DNA of 64,000 nucleotides from Pocillopora damicornis (Eukaryota): NCBI RefSeq assembly GCF_003704095.1, contig NW_020845073.1, positions 1,240,001 to 1,304,000 of the forward strand, read 5' to 3'. Shown piece by piece: positions 57,891 to 64,000 of this stretch (position 1 is its first letter; each line of letters starts with the position of its first letter). The notes under the pieces were generated by a model. It saw only the letters and a program-made list of their open reading frames with translations, ran no database searches and was not told where the DNA came from. The position numbers and the translations under genes were made by a program.

Positions 57891-60239
57891 ATGACGAGGT
57901 TTGCGCTTTTCACCTTGTTGGCATTCTTTGTTGGAATTTACGGTAAGTTACATGGCAGCTATTCCATTTGTCTCTCACGTCTTCTTCATTTTATGGGTAT
58001 TTAAGATTCTTACAAATTAGTCGAAGCAATGGGTAAAGGATGATTCAATTTTTCTGTTTTTGCTACTATGCGGATTGATCCTGTTGCCCTTTTAAAAGTC
58101 TACCAACTCGCGAATCTCACAATCACGGTTGTCCTATTTATATTTCCCATGAAGGACTTGTTAGCACTTTCAACTTGGTTTGTGAGGGCACTTAAATGAA
58201 GATGAAGTGTAAAGGATGCCTATATCTATTCATTCTGTTTCTTAAGGGGAATAGGTTAAGTTTGGCTGAAGTTTTGAGTAGGACTGATTAGTGCTACGTA
58301 GTAGTGTTGATTTTAAGGTAGTGTTGCATAATATGGACGAATACTTATAGTACTTGTGTTTTCTCTTAAAGGTAACCCTGTTCCTGACTTTGATGCGGAC
58401 TGTTCCGAAGGATCTGGAGACTGTACCCGTAAGTCGTGCCATGAAGAGTGTAAAATCGTACATCATTCGTGGTTTATGTCAAGAAGCCCAGTAATTTTTT
58501 TTAATGGAGCTCTGAAATAGCTCACCAAATTTTCCCACACATTTCTAGTTGTACCATATATAATTTTTCGAAAGAGTTGTTTTTGCCACTGAATAGTCTA
58601 AGATGCCGAGATGCGCTAAAAAAAAACTAGCCCATTTCAAATAGTGTTGTAAGATAACACCTTTATTTTCTGAGGAGCCTTAAGACTGTCTACAAATAAT
58701 TTTCAGTTAATTTCACCTTGAACATACTAAAAAAAATAGCGACAACAACAACAAAAACCTGGGAGTGAACGGCTTCAGAGTAGTTTGACATCATTATGAT
58801 CCAGTCAAACTCGCAACACATACTGATCGATTAATCTTGTCACTAAATTAATCTTGTTTTAAGCCGCACCCCCAGCAGGAACTTCCGCACCAAGCCCTCC
58901 ACCGCCCACTGGAACATCCGGTCCTCAACCTCCACCTTCACCGTCCTCCTGTGGCGATCGTCCTATTTCAAATGCACGAATTGTTGGTGGGCAAGAGACA
59001 ATTAAGAACAGCATTCCGTGGCAGGCAATGTTACGCGGAAACAACGGAGGGCAGTTCTGTGGTGGTTCTCTGATCCATAAGCAGTGGGTTCTGACCGCAG
59101 CTCACTGTGTCACTGGATCGCAGCCCGGGCAATTTAAAATTTGGTAAAGATCATGTCTTTGACCTTTGCAAGGGCACTTCAACACCGGCTTGTTTTAGAT
59201 GAGGCCGTAAATGCATATGCAGTCAATGTAGAATATTTCAAAATAATAATTATCATCCTTGTAACAATCTGATTTCGTCTAAGCCTAAGTGACAGAAAAT
59301 ACAGTCGCAGAATCTGAATTGACCAAGGCTCGAGTTCTCAAATGATCGCAATTTTATTTCATTTTTTCCCACGTTTGTGAAAAATGCATAACATATTAAG
59401 ATCAGAACTAGTTGTTGGTTAAAATTTGCATTTCATATGACGAAAGTGAAGTATGACATTAAATCAATTGAAAGGGAATATTTCTAGTTGCTACAAAGGC
59501 ATTTTTTTTTTGATCACTTTTTCTTTAAGAAGAGTAATTTTGAAGTTTAAAAGCATCGAAAATAGAGAATTTCGCCAACTGCTTCTACATCGACTGGCCA
59601 CTTCCAAGCATTCTGCGATGCTATTTTTGGAACAATAAGGTATGAGCTTTGATCTCATACCTTATCAGACTTATCTCCCTTTTTCTTTTTGTAAGGTTGG
59701 GTGCACATCGTAAGGAAGTTAGAGAGGACACCACTCAAGAATTTAATGTTGTTGACATTGTACGACATCCACAGTACAATGCGAACACTAACGAAAACGA
59801 CGCTGCTCTCATCAAACTCAACAGATTAGCAGTTCTCGGACGTGGTGTGGGGCTCGTCTGTCTAGGAGATGATATTCATCATCTCCCCTTGGATGACCTC
59901 ACTAACCAGTGTCTGATAAGCGGATGGGGAACTCTTAGAAGCGGAGGTCAGCAACCAGATAAATTACAAGAAGTGACCGTTCCCTTAGTGTCTCCAAAAG
60001 TGTGTCAAAGCGCCTATGGCAACCTTCACGCCTCCATGCTTTGTGCCGGTTTTCGCGAAGGTGGTAAAGACAGCTGCCAAGGTGACAGCGGCGGACCATT
60101 GGTGTGCAACTATAATGGGAAGCACTACCTCGAGGGGGCTACCAGCTGGGGAGAGGGTTGCGCCCATGCTGGAAAGTATGGCGTGTACGCTAAAGTACGT
60201 TTTCTGAGGAAATGGATCGACAACATTATCCGTCAGTAA
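57891..60239 (+). CDS. Secreted trypsin-like S1A serine protease. Exons 57891-57942, 58372-58428, 58864-59143, 59696-60239
   Basis: Signal peptide [18 protein letters not shown], Pro-rich linker, activation site R|IVGG, catalytic TAAHC / NDAAL / GDSGGP, S1 Asp (KDSCQGDS), AATAAA at 60330. Confidence 0.95.
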
Positions 60240-61162
60240 TGGAGCAATATCGACACTGAACAGTGTAGATTATTGGAAAAGCGGGAAATTGTAATGCACA
60301 GTATGTAGGGGGTAACAAGGGTAAACATGAATAAAAAGAGCAATGTGCTAAAAATTCTTATCAACTTCTTTGACGAAAACTTTACATACAGTAAATCGAA
60401 CTTTATGGCAACCTGAGAATGCAGTATGATGTTGTGTTTAAGATTTTCCCAATAAACAACACCCGATCAAACATATGAGCAGAGGGTCGGGGTTCACCTT
60501 ACGGAAATGGGAAATCATACAGTGACTCAGTGAACATTCTAAAAAGTTCGATAAGCACCTTTCAGCGTCTTTTAGGTTCCCAAAGAGTGGCGCAAATGGT
60601 TCACTCGTGATACGTGATTTTGGGTAACAATATCAAGGCACGTGCGAAATTAGCGGTAGGGATTATCGCGCTTTTTTTTTCTTTTTAGCATTACCTTGCA
60701 AAAAAAAACAACAACAACAAAAAACAATAATGATAACCATCTAGAGCAGCTGGTTAGCCATCATCAGTGTCTATTTTGGGAAAACCGAAAAAGTTGGCCT
60801 CCCCCAGATTTTTAACAGCTCCCTTTTTCTGGCTATCGTTTCATGTTAAGTTTCCTTAAAAAATTCCCCGGTGTCCATTTCTTCACTATTCAGGGTTGTA
60901 CAGAGAGGTCTTCAGTGGAGAACATAACACAATATCCCTAGACAGGAGTCGAAGTCTGATTTCTGGATCTGAAATAATGCGCGCCAACCAAAGCTTTTTC
61001 ACATATATGGAAGTGTGGAGAAGCAGCAAATGGGAAACTATCCCTCGTGTTGTCACATAAAGTAAAGATGAAACAAGAAAACTCAGGATAAAATACGATG
61101 TAATCTGATTTGACACAGAAAAGTTCTGTTCTATAATCGAGCAAATTAACTCAATTTCACAA

Positions 61163-61331
61163 TTAGTTAGAATTTTCACCAGACTTATCGAAGTCAATCG
61201 TTACATCCTGACATCTTTTCCCTTCAAAACCCTTCGGGCAAACGCAATGGGAACCTGCGACGCCTGGAAGCTTAAAACATGTCCCACCATTGAGGCAATA
61301 ATCGTCCCTGAGTGGCGGGTCACATTCTGTG

Positions 61332-61380
<49 letters not shown>

Positions 61381-62327
61381 TAGAGACATGGAACCTTATT
61401 TATAGAATTAATGTAAAAAGGGAGGAGATTTATTAACCCTGGGTGCGCGAATGAGAACGATTCTTTTTAATTTCGAATCACTTTCTTGTGGTGTGTGCCT
61501 TCTTCTTCTGCCGATTTAATCGTTTGGTTCATTGAGATAATGGTAAAAATGTTAAGAAAAAAACAGAGAAAGGAAAATAGTGAAACTATTATTTTAACAA
61601 AAGAGGTCACACGTAAAGAGTAGTTTTGAAATCTCAGTTTTTAAAGGACCGATCAACAGGCTGCGAACTAGGAAGTACAATTGTGTACAAAAGTACAAAA
61701 AATTATCTCTGCGAATAACTTCGTGAATTTAGAGGTTCCTTTGAAAAGGCATATCGAAAACGCGTCGGCTACAGCTCGAAGGTTGCTAAAAGCGAAGTAA
61801 TAGGTGTCCACAAGTAAGAGACTTGAACATAATGAGACAAATAATACCTGAGTGTCTAATATGAAGCCCACGTAAAAAAAGAAAAATAAAAAGAATTAAG
61901 TTAGAAAATAAAATGAAATGAAAAGAAATGTTTGCGTTTTTTCTTCCAACATACCACTGCTTCCACTCGGCACACCATCTTCTTTAGGGGGAGCAGCTGC
62001 TGTTGTGAAAGTAAGAGCCAATTAATGAAGGAAGGAAGTGAAAAATCAGTAAGAGTGTTTTACATAATGTTTAAAGTGATTTTCAATAACGTAACATATT
62101 ATTCATTTAGATTTCCTTTAGTGTTAAAAAGGTGAGACATATTAAATACTTCAGTGTTAGGCTACAGCAAACATTAAGATCAAAGCTATACACAAATTCA
62201 CAAATAGCCTTTCGTAATTATCATGAATTGTGGCCTAGGTATCCTTACTAGTACCTTTGTGTTTCGTAGCGGCTGTATAGTCAATCCCAGCAAGAAGCAA
62301 AAAAATAATCGCCAGTGTTGTCCTCAT
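61163..62327 (-). CDS. Small secreted single-EGF-domain peptide precursor, 93 aa. Exons 62327-62255, 61999-61955, 61326-61163
   Basis: MRTTLAIIFLLLAGIDYTAA-TKHKAAAPPKEDGVPSGSSECDPPLRDDYCLNGGTCFKLPGVAGSHCVCPKGFEGKRCQDVTIDFDKSGENSN*. Both introns are phase-1 GT-AG; six-Cys EGF motif with GxRC. Confidence 0.85.
61332..61375. repeat. Poly-A run (about 44 nt), read as the poly-T pyrimidine tract of the EGF exon acceptor on the - strand
   Basis: Homopolymer ending a few bases from the CAG acceptor at 61329-61327. Confidence 0.9.
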
Positions 62328-63694
62328 GTTGATGCCCTAACTTTCTGCTCTAATCGGCTTGTAAATCTCAGGAGTCTTGCTTTCCTTCGCATTTGGGTCC
62401 CTTTTAAGCTTAAGTTATCTGAATAAGACTGGTACTTCATTATCTGTTACTGATGAAGCGTCCACCAGTACGTTGGCGGATGTGGTAAAGCGTGGTTAAT
62501 ACTGTTTGTATCACCGGTTAAAAATTTTCCATGGCGCCGCGCTCTTCAATTTTTAATATAAAAGTCACCTTGTTAATATAGCCACAACATCTGGACTAAA
62601 ATGTCTATAACTTCTGGAAATGACTAGACTTTAAACTCGTTTGGCACAAAAAAAAGGGGATAACGAGATAGTTGTGTTGACTGGTAAGTCCCACAGAGAG
62701 GTTCAACCTTTTGACTTGTTATGATTGCGTGCGTCTAGAGTATGGATATGGTTAACATAACAATACTATACCCTGCTGCGCTCGTTTCTGCCGGTACAAG
62801 AGTAGAAATAAGGGCTACATTCCAACGTATGACTAATGTTATTGAAATTTTCCATGTTGTTAGATTATTCCTACCCAATTAAGCGTTCACCACCTTATAC
62901 AAAAAACATCTACAGCATTGCTTGCTGCCTTCGCTCTTCTACTTGAAGCTTTTTTCCAGTTGCATTTGAAATGTAGGCCTTTTTTATTGTCATTCCCTCA
63001 TTACGATCAAGTGACTCCATTGGAAAGAGAAAAATGAACGAAGTGGTGGTCGTGTTGAGTTCAAAAAAATTTCCAAGGTATTATGCCCTCCTACGCCTAC
63101 TTTGGCCAACGAGGAATAAAGGAAATTTGCGTGGTAGGAATTCATTTTTCGCATTTTTGCACTCCTACACATAACATGGTCCACTAACAGGTCGAACGAA
63201 CATTATCTTTGCCACGTCGTGCTTAGATTACAGTTATATGATTCTCTATTCTCCTGGCATGTCGTCTCTGGAGATAAATAGCAGCGAATCCTGTGGACCT
63301 GCGCAACAAGCTCCATTACTTACTTTTCGGCTTTAATCTGCTTTCAATGATATTCAGTTACACCACAACTGTACTTGATTCAAAAATTAGTTTATTCTGA
63401 CGAAATTCGAGGTCGAGGTCGTCATAGTAAAATACAGAAAGCCCTATATTTTTAATGCCCATAAAATTAAAAAATAAAATAAAAATACGCCAATGAGGAC
63501 AAGAAAATTTCTAAAGGAATATTCCAGCAGCTACCACAGCTCCTTTAATACTCGTCGACAAGTATACTTAAACACCGATCCTCTTGATACAAATGTAAAT
63601 AACAGTGAGGAGGACTTCCTTATGATGAAGTAGCACGAGCCACAAATAATTAATATAAAAACCAGCTGAGGGTCTTCCCCGTAACAAATAAATT

Positions 63695-63832
63695 CTGCAT
63701 TCACCAAAGTGTCAAATTTGTCGAACTCTGCTACCGTTCCACGTTTCAAAAGTAAAATTTTATCACAGTCTTTGATAGTGTTCAATCGATGAGCTATAGT
63801 GATGACCGTAGAATCTCAGTTTTTCACGCACA
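63695..63832 (-). pseudogene. Fragment of an ABCC/MRP-type ABC transporter NBD2 C-terminus
   Basis: REKL (frameshift) [32 protein letters not shown]. The H-loop motif is present, but the upstream REK lies in another frame and no Walker B/D-loop precedes it in the window. Confidence 0.65.
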
Positions 63833-64000
63833 ACGCCCAAGTCTTTTGACAACGTAAGCCAAGGCAAGTCCAGCAAAAGCTAATTAGACGAAAAATTGAA
63901 ACAATGAATTAAGCAGATACGATTTTAATTGATTTTCCACACTGAACAGTCAAAAAAGTAATCCTGTCACGCCCTTGCCGTGGAAAGTAAAATAAGGCAA

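Noticed and set aside
61201-61389. Poly-Phe ORF in the ORF track
   Set aside because: Wrong frame plus the poly-T tract; the real exon is the EGF frame.

Overview
Intron-rich, AT-rich eukaryotic DNA with GT-AG introns and two N gaps. The gene content and repeat families suggest a cnidarian, probably a stony coral (inference). Genes reconstructed by hand from splice sites, left to right: the 3' part of a Caspr/neurexin-like membrane protein (+), a Vestigial-like TEAD cofactor (+), a truncated transglutaminase pseudogene (-), KIF23/MKLP1 (+), ILF2/NF45 (+), METTL13 (-), a selenoprotein W2/MIEN1-like gene (+), an ornithine decarboxylase antizyme (-), a trypsin-like protease (+), a small secreted single-EGF peptide gene (-) and an ABCC transporter relic (-). 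The most striking signals are invisible or fragmented in the ORF track. (1) The antizyme appears to use an ACC-UGA-U +1 frameshift site instead of UCC-UGA, and its ORF1 has no suitable AUG but a Kozak-perfect CUG formed across the splice junction. (2) The selenoprotein has an in-frame UGA in a CxxU motif, a clear SECIS and a C-terminal CaaL prenylation motif, and lies tail-to-tail with the antizyme. (3) The three-exon, 93-aa EGF peptide has the cysteine spacing of sea-anemone gigantoxin-type EGF toxins. (4) METTL13 has a degenerate N-terminal methyltransferase motif. (5) Intronic palindromic repeats carry minimal hammerhead-ribozyme cores. Exon coordinates were read by eye and may be off by a few bases.
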